From the NCBI GenBank assembly GCA_977017645.1, contig OZ360220.1:157108001-157172000 (forward strand): a stretch of DNA of 64,000 nt. The letters are read 5' to 3'. The first letter of the stretch is position 1, and each line of letters begins with the position of its first letter. The notes under the pieces were generated by a model that had not been told where the DNA came from, did no database searches, and was given only the letters and a program-made list of their open reading frames with translations. Below, one piece after another: positions 13,316 through 26,600 of this stretch. The position numbers were made by a program, and so were the translations under genes. This stretch comes from Torpedo marmorata (taxonomy: Eukaryota).

Positions 13316-15547
13316 CTGAAGTTCCAACTACACACGTTCACGCAACCGCTCTCCCTCAAAGGCACGAAACCAGATTCCCCTTGCAGAAAAGATCGGGGCT
13401 TATAGGAAGGGCTTTTGGTTTTGGGAGCGGACCCTGTCAGAGGACCTGTGATTTTTCAGTATTTGCAATAACATATTAACGGGGATAACTAATCGCTGTG
13501 GCAGAGACTATTTTCAAGACTTCACACTGCCTGTCTAAATTGTGGTTTTTAAAAACATATGCATTGGGGTTAATCACATGGACTGGACTTGCTTAAGTTT
13601 GACTGTCCCACAGAATATCGTCCGCTCCCTTTGTAAATGTTATCAGCCCCCGCTTTATTGAGGCGCCTCTGTTCTTTTCTTTTTAACGGGGTTTGTTTTT
13701 ATTTCAGAAATATTACAGCTACTTTGCCGCAATTCCACGCAAAAGGACAATCAAGTTGCTTTTACAGGTTGTGGTTATTTCCGTAAGATTCGCACCTCTT
13801 TAAAGCTGAAAATTTAAGGCTCGGTTGTGACATTGGACTTCTCCAGGTTAATGTATGATCTGTTTAAACCGCCAAGCTTCCTTTAACCACTATCGAAACA
13901 ATATATTAGGGAGTTCAATCAAACAACTGGAAATATAATGAGATGAACAATTCCTCACACTCCAAGTTTCCTACACTGTATCCCACACAACTTTAGCAAC
14001 CCCTCCCACCCCGAAAAGTTGTGATAATTCATAAGATACGCGGCTCTCTGAATTGCCCCCACTTAGTTTGAAATTTGACTTTCCCGAGAAATCTACAAAC
14101 AGTGCTCTTTAAACTGCTTCACGAGACGACTCTGACTAACGTTGCGCCTGCTCTATAACGAACAAACTGATTTAAAAAAATCCATGTTGTATTTCGACAC
14201 ATTTGCCTTAAATTGCGTGGCGCGTCCTTTAATTAGTTGATTATTGCATAAACATGACGCGCCGTGCAAAACCGCATGATTTAAAAAAATTAACTTTTCA
14301 ACTGGCCTATGTAAATATAAGAATGCTCCGCGGAAATATCTCACGGGCCAATCTGCTACTGGGTGTGAAATCTCCATTAACTCGTTCTGTTCGATAGACG
14401 CGCTTCTTACAGGCAGAATTTTGTTTTAAGAGTTCACTTAATTCGCGCTGAATGCGGATTAGAGGGTAATATTTCCGCGGTTTTATGTGTTTCTTACATT
14501 TAAAAAGGCTTTCGCTTCTCATTATTATTTCGAGAACAATATTACTGTTTCCCCGCGTTTCAATAAAGTACGACAACCACGCCTTGCCCCAAAATACATT
14601 ATTAAGCATCTGTAACCAATGATAGATAACTGTTCGTGTGAAACTCTCCGCACCCCACATAACACTCTCTCTCTCTCACACCCACTCACTCACTCACAAA
14701 CAGTGACAATAGATGGATAAGCGACTGCGTGAGTCTTTCAGGTACAGGTCGGTCTTTACTTGCCACATATGAAATTCACGTCCATTTAATTCCATAACGA
14801 GCCTAAATTCAACGAAATAGGCCAACCGCATATATACCGCTTTCGCCTGATACTCTATGTTCGGCCAAGGTACTGTAATTGTTGGATGTTATTTATTCGA
14901 CTGCATTTAACTGCACGAATCATTCTTGTTGGCATTACATTTTATATAACACGGTTAGAACATAATTAAGCTTAATAGGTGCATTAACACAAGCCTCGTT
15001 TTATTGTTTCCATTGTGATCTGCTTACGGCGTGACAACAGCCATTGTTTTGTTATTTTTACACCCAATCCCTCCAATAACTAGTTCAAAATAACTTGGGC
15101 TGCACAAACTATTTAATTGGTTGTTTGGTTTCCATATTCGAGACTTTTTAAAAATCATAGACAGATATTCCTTTCACCTTACGTTCACACTCACTCCAGA
15201 CCATGTAACACAAAAGCTGCAATTTTCGTATCTGAATATCTCGTCGCATTAAATACTTATTTTTTTAAATCTTGCTCATTCTGCCATCAGGAAAAAAATA
15301 TACTCTCTGCCCTCTGCTTTCAGTGTGATGTCTATTTTGAAGAATTTCATGCAATTATAAATTCTTTAACTGACTCACAGTGGTTTAGATAAGAATGGCA
15401 ATAATGTTTCACGTTAATTGTAGGCACCCACTCCAAGTCCCCACAAATTAGATTGAAATTCGTTTTCTGTCTTGCCCGTTCGCCGCTGTGTCGCTGCAGG
15501 CCTGAGCTGGACTCTTGGCTGTGAATTTAACATTGTGTTTTAGCTAC

Positions 15548-15750
15548 CTGTAGTAATCTTCTTTGCAGTAGATGCTGCCGTCCTTGGCGAAACAAGTCAG
15601 TTCGGACTCCAGAGCCAGTTTACATTCACAGCATTTGAGGCAGCGCATGTGCCACTGCTTGTCCACTGCCAGAAGATAGTAGCGGTCTGAGATCTTGCCT
15701 CCACAGCCTGCACAGAGTGCCGGTCTGTCGCCGCTAATAGACGGCATGGT
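15548..15750 (-). CDS. lhx2: Lhx2 coding exon 2 (LIM1 domain)
   Basis: TMPSISGDRPALCAGCGGKISDRYYLLAVDKQWHMRCLKCCECKLALESELTCFAKDGSIYCKEDYYR. Acceptor ttttcag|ACC and donor AG|gtagc; 203 bp. Confidence 0.95.
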
Positions 15751-17198
15751 CTGAAAAGGAAAAAGAAGGGTTTACCCCATCAGCGCCCACTCTAACACGC
15801 ACACACATACAGGGTAATACTGTGCCTTTCGCCTGTCAGGGAAGACCTTACTTATCAACCGTATAGCAGACATTTTCACCCAAAGAAGTGTTAAATACTG
15901 ATTATGGTGAGATTTACGCCACTGAAACTTTTTACTTTTTCTCGATTATACACACAATAAAAAGAGTAGCTGTTGTGCAGTATCATTTCGGGATTGCGAG
16001 TAAACTCTATGGCTAATGATTGTAAATAGTCGTCTGCTTAATATTATTTGTGCGGCTCTTTGACTTACTATCTTCCAAATTCTCGCAAATCTTCAAAGGA
16101 ATAATTATAAAAGTAACTGCGAGCTAACAACCTCGCGATATAGAGTCAGTGGCATGTATCCACCACCAGAACTGCTGCTTAAAACATCCCATCTACAAGT
16201 TTAATGCAAATATTCCTGCTGCCAATGTCGTTCAATACAAGGAGTGTTTTCCTTCCACAAATAGAGATCACTGGTCCTTTGCCAAACTATTAATTATATT
16301 CTGCAGCAATAACTGTCAGGTTTGAAGTCGCTGTTTTATGACAAGTTTTATTATTCATGATACAGGCCTTTCTTGAGTTACATTTATTTTTAAATCCTTT
16401 TGAAAATCTTTTCGTGGATAACACTGAACGCCAGCCATGCGAAATAAACCGAACTCAATAAAGCAACATCTTAGCGGTGTTTTTGACAAATTATTGAAAG
16501 CGTTTTTAATACTATTCCATCAGTATATTTGTGATTTTATTTTGCTACAATTCTCTTCCACCCATTTAATTATCCCACAACTTACTCCAGCCGGTTTCCT
16601 CGTTTTAATTGCAATGGAAATGCCGACTAAAAGCCATGTACACTGCGCCGTGTTTCCAATTTCTTACCGCCTGCTCAATCTGTACGAGGTCATCACGATT
16701 TCAATTTGAAAATAAAAGTTGTTCAAACACCGAAATTGAGTTCCCCTTGAATTTCTGTCAAAATTTATTTTTTTGTTTGCTGGGTGAAATTCGAGGGAGA
16801 ACAACGTCAGGACCTAGTTTATAATCCGGAAACTGCGACGCAGAGAGTAGAAGGTCTACACACTGCAATTCTCCAAAATTCTGATTTCCCAAGTACAAGC
16901 ATCTTCCTTTAAAATCTGATTAAAGATAATGCATGATTAAATCCTTCAAATCTGAAAGAAGCTCCGAGAGATATCATTCACACTTCAGCGGTGAGTCTTC
17001 GAAACCAGGCGTCAAGGCAGTCGCTCCAGTATTTTTGCAGAAGGTAACATGTTCGCGGTTAAAAAGATTATAGTAAGAAGAATAAAAATACACAACTTAC
17101 TTCGTGAGGCGTAGGTAGATTAAACGATTTTGTTTTAAACAACAATTGCCCAATCCCTGCGCAGTCCTCTATAGATTTGTTAAATCTTTGATGCCTAC

Positions 17199-17372
17199 CG
17201 TTTCTCTATCCCCCATGTCTATCTCCGCACTGTTGGCTGACGCGATCTTCGACCGTCTTTCCATCTCCTCTATAACTCCCTGCATCTCACCCCCCGAGAT
17301 TCCGTGGAAAAGCATCGCTGAGTGGCGGAAATTACACGTATCTTTCTCAGGTTTCGAATTCAGAACTTCCAT
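17199..17372 (-). CDS. lhx2: Lhx2 coding exon 1 (start at MEV 17372; alternative in-frame ATGs at 17396 and 17315)
   Basis: MEVLNSKPEKDTCNFRHSAMLFHGISGGEMQGVIEEMERRSK...DMGDRET; donor ACG|gtaggc, phase 0 to exon 2. The true start codon is uncertain. Confidence 0.88.
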
Positions 17373-17479
17373 AAGCCGGAGACTTAAGCCATGCATTTAT
17401 TCACGGCTCTCCCCAAATCTTTCCCCAGCAACAGAAACAAAAGCGAGGTCAGACCACGGGACCGGTCTTAAAAAGAATA

Positions 17480-17900
17480 AGAAATAAAAATAACCACGTC
17501 ACTTGCAACCTTTTTTGAGGGGGAGAGCACCCCGCTGGCATTAAATTGCTCCCATCAAGATGTGTTCACAGAAAAAAATAGTTCTTTTTTTGCAATGTCT
17601 GATCTCGATGCAAAAAGCTGCAGACTTGATGTCTTGTTGTTTTTAGTAAGTTACTCTAGTGCAAAGCAAAGCCTTGTGTGAGTAATTGGGGAGGAGGGGT
17701 TAGTTCTGAATTTGGTGTAATCCTTTAACACCACTCAGTTGCAGAGCTTTCTCTCCTTGATTGACAGCAGGAACCAGCGCCGACTCCGCGCCTTTTCTAC
17801 CGGGACGCGCACGTCACCGCCCCCCGTACATCCATTGGTTGCTTCCGCGCCACCTCCTTCCTATTATAGCAACGCGTGCTGGCGGCTTTCAAATTTAAAG
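17480..17900 (-). promoter_or_regulatory. Probable lhx2 5'UTR / proximal promoter
   Basis: Directly upstream of exon 1. CpG cluster at about 17775-17885, a CCAAT box (attgg on plus, about 17834), CRE/E-box-like cacgtcac at about 17495 and 17809, and a TATA-like tattata at about 17862. TSS not determinable from sequence. Confidence 0.55.
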
Positions 17901-18204
17901 GGAGACTGCATGGAAAAATAAATTTTTTAAGAGTTCAACGATTTTTTTTCCTACAGACTTAAAGGCGCAGATTCCTAATTAGTTTGTCCTATAAGTCAAT
18001 CGCAAACCTACCCACACGCGTTCGGGTCATGGCAATAATTACCCCGACTAACTCGACTGCACTGGATTGCTATTTTGCAGACAAGCACTCGACTGATCCA
18101 ACATTGAACGCTGAGATTCAGATTAAATAGAAGGAGAAAACACAGAGTTCAGAAACCTTCAGATCTGACTTCCAATAGTTAAATTGGTTGCACATTATTT
18201 TCCA

Positions 18205-18340
18205 AAGTGCTGGCGAAACTCAGCAGGTCACGCAGCAACCACAGGAAGTAGTAGCGTTTCGGGCCTGAGCCCTTCCTCGGGAATGTTATTAATGTGTATT
18301 ACATTCGAACCCAGCATCTGCAGATTTTCTTGTTTAACTT
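18205..18340 (-). mobile_element. Short Penelope-derived 3'-terminal remnant with degenerate hammerhead motif
   Basis: Minus strand reads ccgaggaagggctcaggcccgaaacgc...gacctgctgagtttcgccagca, homologous to the ends of the elements at 37-39 kb. Confidence 0.65.
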
Positions 18341-20811
18341 TATTTTCCAATGTACGTTGATTTTGGCGGAAACGAAGTTGGGATTAACAAATATTTTGCC
18401 ATGATCAATTGTATTAAATTGGAATGGAATTTGGAGATTAGGTTAATGGGCGCAAAACCAATCCAACACTGGGTTTACATTTTCGCCCTTTTGCCCCAAC
18501 ACATTAAAAGTGAGCCGAAAGGACACCGTATCATCCCCTGCTTTAATAAGCGCACATATGGCGATCTTTGCAAGGACCATTGAAACTTAATCTGATTTTT
18601 AAATATAACTGTTTCCAAATCTTTCTGTCAGTACATTTTGGTAAGATAAAGAAATATAGACAGAAGTTTCACATGCGCCGTTTTTTTCGACAAAGATAAA
18701 GTTTTCAAATTGGCTTAGTATGAAATTAACCAAACTTTATGCGAAACATCCCAGCAACAGACCAATATAATTTTAATCAGTGGTGCAATTTTTAGACATT
18801 TTAACCTATGTACTTGGTAGCAATTAAAACTAGTATTCAAAAGTTGCTTGTCCATAGAGATCTTTTTGACAAATCTTGTTTATTAATATCGATTTATTAT
18901 TAACGGTGAAAGAACCTAACGGATCCCATTAAACGTATATAATCTGCCGATTATACCGGTATCATATTGTCCATTAATTGTTTGGTTTTATGTTGTAAAC
19001 AAATTTAACAACGAATTCAATCTGTTATGCGATTCTGTTCGGAGAACAACGATGGTCGGAGTCAGTTGTGAAACTGCAAACCATTTATAAATGTAAATAG
19101 AGGAATTCCATACAAAGATACACATTTGGCTCCTCTCGGCAGCATGGAACTCCATATCGTAGAATAAACCCAAGAGGCAGAATTCGCTTCTGGCGTGGAA
19201 TTGTCTGGGCCTCGGTGAACGCGCTCGCCAATGATCGGCAGGACAGTGGTTTTTGATGGTCACATATACATTGGCTAAATCAACCATGCCAGGACGAATG
19301 CCAGCTGTCTACAAGCAAACTTTACAAGTATATGTAATTCTGTTTGGTGAAAGGGAAGTAGGCAAAAAAAATTAAAGAAAATAATAGAGCGGGTACTATC
19401 GACCAAGTCTTCACAGTGTTCAGGTTTTGACCGAGAGATCCGCAATGTAAATGTAAACACGGATATGCTATTTGTAAGCGAGCATTGGGTATAGTCTTTC
19501 ACATATAATCATTTTATTGGATATTCTCTTTATGTGAGTCAGCGAGAGATTATCGTTTACCTGAATATTCAACAATATACAAATTCCCTGCCCACATTAT
19601 AAACGCATAAATAAGGTACAGTCTGTTTACAATAAGCCCACCTTACTGGTGATTTTGGCTCACTTGCAGGCAGAGTTGAAGATGCTACACTCAACTGTCA
19701 ATGACAACAAATCATGAAAGTAAACCCCTTGCCCCAAATAATGGGGCCTCACTGAATTACAATAGGTTGTTGCCAATTCCTAAATTGGCAATCGCCTCTT
19801 TTTTTTTGGCTCGGTATAAAGCAAGGGAGGGTTTATAGATGTCAATAATAAAGGAGATTACTCTTCTCAACTGGGTAGCCTTTTTCAGATTAATAGGTTG
19901 AAGTGTTGCATCTTTAATTTAACTCTGAGTCGGGGAGATGTGAGCGTCAGTCTTTGGCGGGGACCACATATCGCAAATGCAAATGCAGTTCTCAGCGGTG
20001 AGGGTCTCCGGGACTGTAAAGCACAGTCTATTTGACTTAAAATGCAGTTGTGAACGCATGTTTGAACAATCCAAAGATAAACAAGCTGGGTGGGATGTTT
20101 CTTCTCTACTTACACGTGTTTCCGATGTAAATCATTTCTGATAGATGAAGGTTTTGTCCCCCTTCTGTGACAAAGATCGGCAGTGGGGCGCATTGACTAC
20201 GTCGCAGGAGTGGTCTGAGCCAAATGAACGTGACGCACATCATGCAGCAGAAAGTCCTTCTCCCTTCCTACCCACTGGTTGGGAAGTACATCCTGGACTA
20301 GATATCGTTTATATGTCTTTTGGTAAATCATTTCTCTGAAGCATATAAGAAAAGCAATTTTGCAGCGTCAAACGGGAATATAAACCGTAGACTTTCACGC
20401 CGAGTTTCCCACAACAAGCAAGATATTGTATCCCGAGGTCTGATGAATGAACTAAGCATTGGACGGATGCCATGTTGTCATTAAATCCCCAGAACGTGGA
20501 TGTCAGGCGTGACGTCTGAAATTTCCTCCTTTATTGCAATTAAAATAATTCCTATTGGAATATTCTCACGGCATTCATCGCAAATATAGCGGTTAGCGCT
20601 AGGCCTTTTAGCGAAACGCTGGGTGGGTAACATGAATTACAACAAGATCGCCTTAGAAAACCGAAGGGATCCTCAGTCCAGGCAGCGAACGGTGCCCAAT
20701 AAGAAGATTAAATTTGCTAAATCAAGACATTCTACTCTGCTCACCAAGAATCCGGGGGGCAGCCTGAATAGAGATGTAACTCAAAGTGCAGACGTAATCC
20801 ACTCACTCGAA

Positions 20812-20816
<5 letters not shown>

Positions 20817-20883
<67 letters not shown>
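20817..20883. repeat. (TA)n(TG)n microsatellite
   Basis: Directly visible. Confidence 0.95.
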
Positions 20884-20885
<2 letters not shown>

Positions 20886-23434
20886 GAAACGTGCACACCC
20901 GTTTTGCCTCCAGATCGTATTTGCCTCAAAAGCCTACAAGGTGGAGGTTGTATGAAATCCACGTGTCCAGATAGGCCGAGGCTGTGGTCCTGCAGTTACT
21001 AAATCCAGAGGGTTATCTGGGGAAGGCAACGTATTGGCTATGAAATCAATAATAAACATTTGTTATTTTAATATTTGTAATGTTATGGCATCAAACGCAT
21101 GCCATGCACACAACCCTGCCCTATGTGTATGCTTGAAGAGACCACCGATTTTCGGTTCTAACGATTAAAAAAAAGGGGGGGGGGCATTAAAGTGATCTGG
21201 ACACAGGTCCCATTCTTGAAGTGGTGCCGATCCCGTGTCTGCTGGGTGGATTTCCCGCGCCGGGTAGGAGGTGACAGGTGAACTAATGGTTGATTGGAAT
21301 GGCTACAAGCAACCTCAGCATCTCCACGTCACCTTCTCCCCTACCATCTGTTAACAGCGGCTCCCACACTCACACACAAAGGTACCACCAGCCAGCAACC
21401 GTGACTAACTCCTAACAATAGAATTCAAAGCGCAGACTGCTTCATCTGCGCGACTGAGCTCCGCTCTGATAAATGACAGGTTGTAATCTAGATACTATGA
21501 TCTGGCAAATCTCTTGATATTATTAAGCGACAGAATTATCACCATATTACTCCCCACTTAAATTATTTTATCTGAATTTAAAATTCAAGTACTTAATTTG
21601 ATATAAATTGAACTGCGAATTAAAACCTGTAATTGCTTTAGGCGCCTAATATATTGCTTGATGGTGGTTTTATATCTTCATACACAGTGATTGACAAGGT
21701 GTAATTAATCATCGTTATTGCTGCTCTAAGTATGGGTTTATTTTGTAACCCTCATCAGTAATTTTCTCGAGAGCAATAATAAAACGTTTTATTTCCGCGT
21801 GAGTTTTTTTCTAAATGAAAAGACGATATCTTAGATTAAATTACATAAAATATGCTTATCCTAAAAATTCACGGCGTGCTGATGTCAAAGTGTGATTACT
21901 GGAAACATTTGTGGACTGTATTTAGGTCCGTGGCTCCATCCAAACCACTGCTGCTGTGGATGGGAGATTTAATTCCCACGCAATTTGTCTGGCTGTTTCT
22001 TTTCCTGTGGAATAAAGCTGATCACAATATGTAATAACAGAGAGCTGAAGTGTATGTGGATGTTTGGACTTAATACACGAGAGGACAGCGGAAGGAACTG
22101 TTAACACTGAAAGGCAGTAGGAGCGCAAGATTTCGCCCCAATGTGGTGTCAACACCAAGCCTGTTTGTCTGCTGAACGGCGAAACTTCAGTCATGTGATA
22201 ATGTCACAGAAACATCCTGGAATACGTCTGCAACATTTCATTCACAGTTTCTATTTCTTAAAATAATTGTAGAGGTTGGTGGTGACTGATTTTCCAAAGC
22301 AGAGTTATTCTTAAAAAAAAAATCCGAGGCTTTTTACCTTCACGCGGGCTGTGTCCCGCGAGTGGCGTTTCCACCCTCCAGGACCGAACCGTGTCCAATA
22401 TAAAGACGCCGCTCAGCTAGTCACCAGGAGGCGCTGGCAAGCTCGGAGACGCGAACTGTTACATCAAACCTCCATCTCCCGACAACTCAGAGTTGTTACA
22501 ATCCCCGCACCAAGTTTCCAGTTAAATTTGGGTTTCTGTAAGCTCATGATCCCAGAAAGGAAGGTTTATTTTTAACTATCCAATCGTAAAACACTTGAAC
22601 TATACTCTCTTGGTAAATATCAACGACTTAATGTGAATTGGATCGCGCGTAGGTGCCGCGATAGATGGGAGGGGCGTATAACCCACCTGCCTTAATTGAA
22701 CAGAGGTTACTACCTACTGACAAGCTCATTTGTCATGTTCTCAGCGCCAATATTTCACGCTACACCCTGGATCCCCGGACGCGAGGAACACGTGTCATTG
22801 GAAATGTGTGACCCGTTCACCACGCCACACGCCCAGGCATTACAAGTAAATACAAATGGAACATTGATGTAAATGGGGAAACATTTTTTAAAATCGCGAA
22901 ACCGTAACCATGTATGGGGGGAATCTTCTGCAGAGAGGAGGAAAACATCTGACCTGACGTACGTTAAATTCGCGTTCAGTTTAAAACAGCGTGAGCTGCC
23001 TTGGCCTGTGATTCAAACGTCGTTTACAGTGAGTGTGAAGATGTCCGTGTAAAGATCTGATTAATGAACAATTGGCGCCGTTTCATTCATTTTAGAAGCC
23101 AGTAATAGGTTTCACCCCACTCGACCCAGGCCGAGTTTGAACGCACCGCCGCTATTGCTGTACAATCGGAACCCACTTGTCCTCCCCAAACGTGTCCAGG
23201 AATCGATTCTATTTAGTTGTAAATAAAACATTCTTTCTCTGCACATCCTTTACTGATAAAATGGCAAAGGCCTCTCCTGGGCAACTGTCTCATCTCTTCG
23301 GTCGCTGTTTTCACCACAAGCATGTTTTAGAAACTGCAGCTGGAGCAAAGTTAGTGAGCCCTCCGGTGTATCTTGAACTTGTTTCGGTGAATTGCTTCCG
23401 CCAGCACTTGAGTACAACCTGAGTTACGTATGAT

Positions 23435-23625
23435 AGTGTGTGTGTGGGGGTGGGGGTGGAGGCAGGTGTGTGTGTCTGTGTGGGGGGCATGTGTGTGAGT
23501 GTGTGTGTGGGGGGGTATGTGTGAGTAGGGGGCAGGTGTATGTCTGCATAGGAGAGTGTGTGTTGGGATGTCATCTCATGCGTTGTGTGTGTGCAGTGTA
23601 AATGGTGTGTGTGTGTGTGTTTATA
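23435..23625. repeat. Degenerate (TG)n/G-rich low-complexity tract
   Basis: Directly visible. Confidence 0.8.
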
Positions 23626-26600
23626 TGTATCCTTCTACCCCACCACCCCCCACCTCTCCCTGTTGCCTACCATCAAAATTATGACACACCAGGATAATCA
23701 AGCTCTGTTCTGTGTTAATTAGCTGCTGTTGCCAGTACCTGGACAGTAGGGATTTGTCTTAACCGGGTATTATAGACTTTCTACATCCGAGTTCAAATCT
23801 TTAGAATAAAAAAGTGGCACTAAGGCAAACGTGGAATTGATCGGAGAATTGCAGTTTTGAATGTTTCCGTGACTGGGTGTTTGCGGTACCGATCACTTAT
23901 TTGCAGAACAATCATTCGAACAGCGCTCAGTTTTGCGCCGGACCATTTTTTAGATCCATACATTCCTTGCTGAGAATGTTATTCAGTTGGGATTTCAACA
24001 GACCTTTTAAATATAAACTTTTGGATGTGTTTACTGTAGGCTGCAGGGATTGACATTTTCATCATTTCCTTCCCACAACACACCTTAAAGTCTCCTCTCA
24101 AGGAAATATTAAGTAAAGAAGCCCCTTTTATTTGATGTGTTTCTGCGCGTTTCCATTTTTATGAGTGGAGTTATGGGGATGGCTGTCGGGGGTATTCGTC
24201 TACGGGAAATCTGTCTACAAATGGCATTTTTAGACAGAAGAGTTTTTGGAATGCTCGGTCTACCCACATTCTGCTTTAAGCAGCGGAAAACATATCGTAT
24301 TACCTCGATGGGGTTGGCTTCCAACACAGGAGACCGGCTTGGTTACAAATGTACAACAAAAGAGCGAAATTGCATTTCTTTTCACCTAGATCTTGAATTA
24401 AAGTGGTTGCAAAACACGTGTGTGTGTGTGTTTGAATACGAATGCATGTATATGTGTTCCACTCTGCGCATGTAGTTGTGCAATTGGGTGTACATGTATG
24501 TATATGTGGTATTAATATTTGTCTCTGTGGGTGTATTTGAATATCTGCTCATATACACGAGTACAAGTGGGTATAAGTGTAGACGTGTGTATGTTGTGCT
24601 TGTGTGTGGGGGGTGTTGTGGGGTGTATGTGTGTCTAGATAGATATGTATGAAACGGCGCGCGAATTTCCGTCGTGCGCAGTCCCAGTCAATGAAAGTGA
24701 CAGGGATTGTACTCCAATCCTTTTGTTCGGCCTGAAACATTAAAAAAAACGTTTTAAAATAAAACCACAGCCTGAGAAGTCCGGATTCTGGAGCTGCTTA
24801 AAGTCCTGAAGATTTGTTTTGTTAATCGAGTTTCAGAATGCCATTTTTACACATTCAATCCGTGATATCTTTAACTTTAACGGATGTGGTTGGCCGGTTT
24901 TGGAAGTTTCACGATAAAGTGCGTCGCTGCTCAAACATTTTTGAACACTTAATGTCCACTTTTATAAGTTTTTACTTTTAAAAACACAATATGTTAAGTG
25001 TATGAAACTTTGTGACCGGATCCAGAATCTAAACAAAAAATGGTTGTGCAAGCGTGCATGGCCGTTTACGCTGAATTGGTTCGCTATGGCATCGTGGTTA
25101 AATCTCGCAAAGGATACATAATTCGTAGTCAATGCTGCGCAAACTATAAACTGTATACTGTCCCGAGAAGTAAGAAATGCACTGTCCAGATGCTTGCTCA
25201 ACAATATTTTCTGCGAAAGGTTTTGGATACGTACGGCAGGAGAGGTTAAGACAACCCTTTAAAATACCTTTGTTCTTGTCGCTTTGATGATGTACAAATT
25301 ACCTATGTTGAATTAGCTTGCTATTTTAAACTTATTCCTCTTTTTTAACCATCCTATAATTCATTCTCCTACCTCTCATTAAACGGGGCCACCTGCCGAA
25401 AATTAAATAAAAGCTTCAGTGTATCAGTCCCACCACGAGGGTCGAGCAGCATCGTCCCATTAATTAACTCAATTGGACACTTAAATGTCACGCTCGCTTC
25501 ATGATCGGAAGAAGGAGGCCAAAGTGACCAAGGCCCTACACACATAAACGCTCTTAAACAAAATTAGAAAGTACACTTCACACATTAAACCGAACTTATT
25601 CCAAACACACTTTAACACCTCTGCGTATCAACGCAAGTAGTAATTAGCTGCTCGTTTCTTTAATTAACTATCCCTGGTAGATTTTTACTGAGCACAGACC
25701 ATTGCACCCTATGTGGAAGATGTTGGAACTTAGTCAACATTTCTCGCCACAAGGAAACCAGAAATTCGCTGACTTTATGCCCTTAAAATAAAATGTGTAC
25801 ACACTGCTGGTTTGATGACAATAATTTTTATCTTCAAACACTTCAACATCTTTAACAAGAAAGGAGATTAAGTGCCAGGTCAAACATAAAAAGGTGAAAG
25901 GTCATTTATACCAGTTGATTGTGGTTATGACCATTTCAATACTTCCCATATTCGCTCTCTGTCCCAACACTAAATGTTAATTTTAAGGGAAGTGTGTTGT
26001 CAAATGCAAATGTAATTGCAGAGGCGCATTTAATGTTTGGCTTTCTTTATTTTGGCCAGATCATCAATGTGCATCGGTTGGTTGGATTTCATGAAATTAA
26101 CAGGAGCTTTGGGACAGGAACCCCCGTTGCCGGCTATTTGTGTGGCTCATCTGAAAGAGTGTTGGGATGCACAACCTTTAAAAGTGCAACTCCGTTCACA
26201 TAAATTGAAAAGATTTAACGTTAAACCTTGTAATCTCAGGCCACATCTTAGTGGACCAGGTAAAAATACACTTTAACTGCGCGATCATTCATTTTACACT
26301 AAAACAAGATTTTATAAATGGAAAGATGTCTTGGCGGTTTTGGTCCCATTTAATGAAATAGGTCTGCTTGTCGAGTTGTACAATTCGGATTATCGGATTC
26401 GGCTAATGGTAAATTACTTTATCAGAGTAAGCATCTTGATTATTCCGACAATTCCAATCTCGAGAAATACATCAAGCACAATATTGTATTCCAATTATTT
26501 AAATTAAACTATTAATTGAAGACTACACAGTGGAGTCCATCATATAATCAACTTCAGTATTACCAAGCTTGAAGTCTGCTGGGGTTATTCTAGGTGACAT

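Noticed and set aside
12997-13479. His/Thr-rich and Cys/Val-rich ORFs
   Set aside because: Translations of a (CA)n-type low-complexity tract.
15548-17372. Calling the gene lhx9
   Set aside because: Exon 3 (DLVYHLNCFTCTTCNKML, AHFNH, SPGPGADLAAYNA) and MPSIS/WHMRC match Lhx2 as I recall it. The Lhx9-like residues are more simply explained as ancestral. Synteny is not visible in this window.
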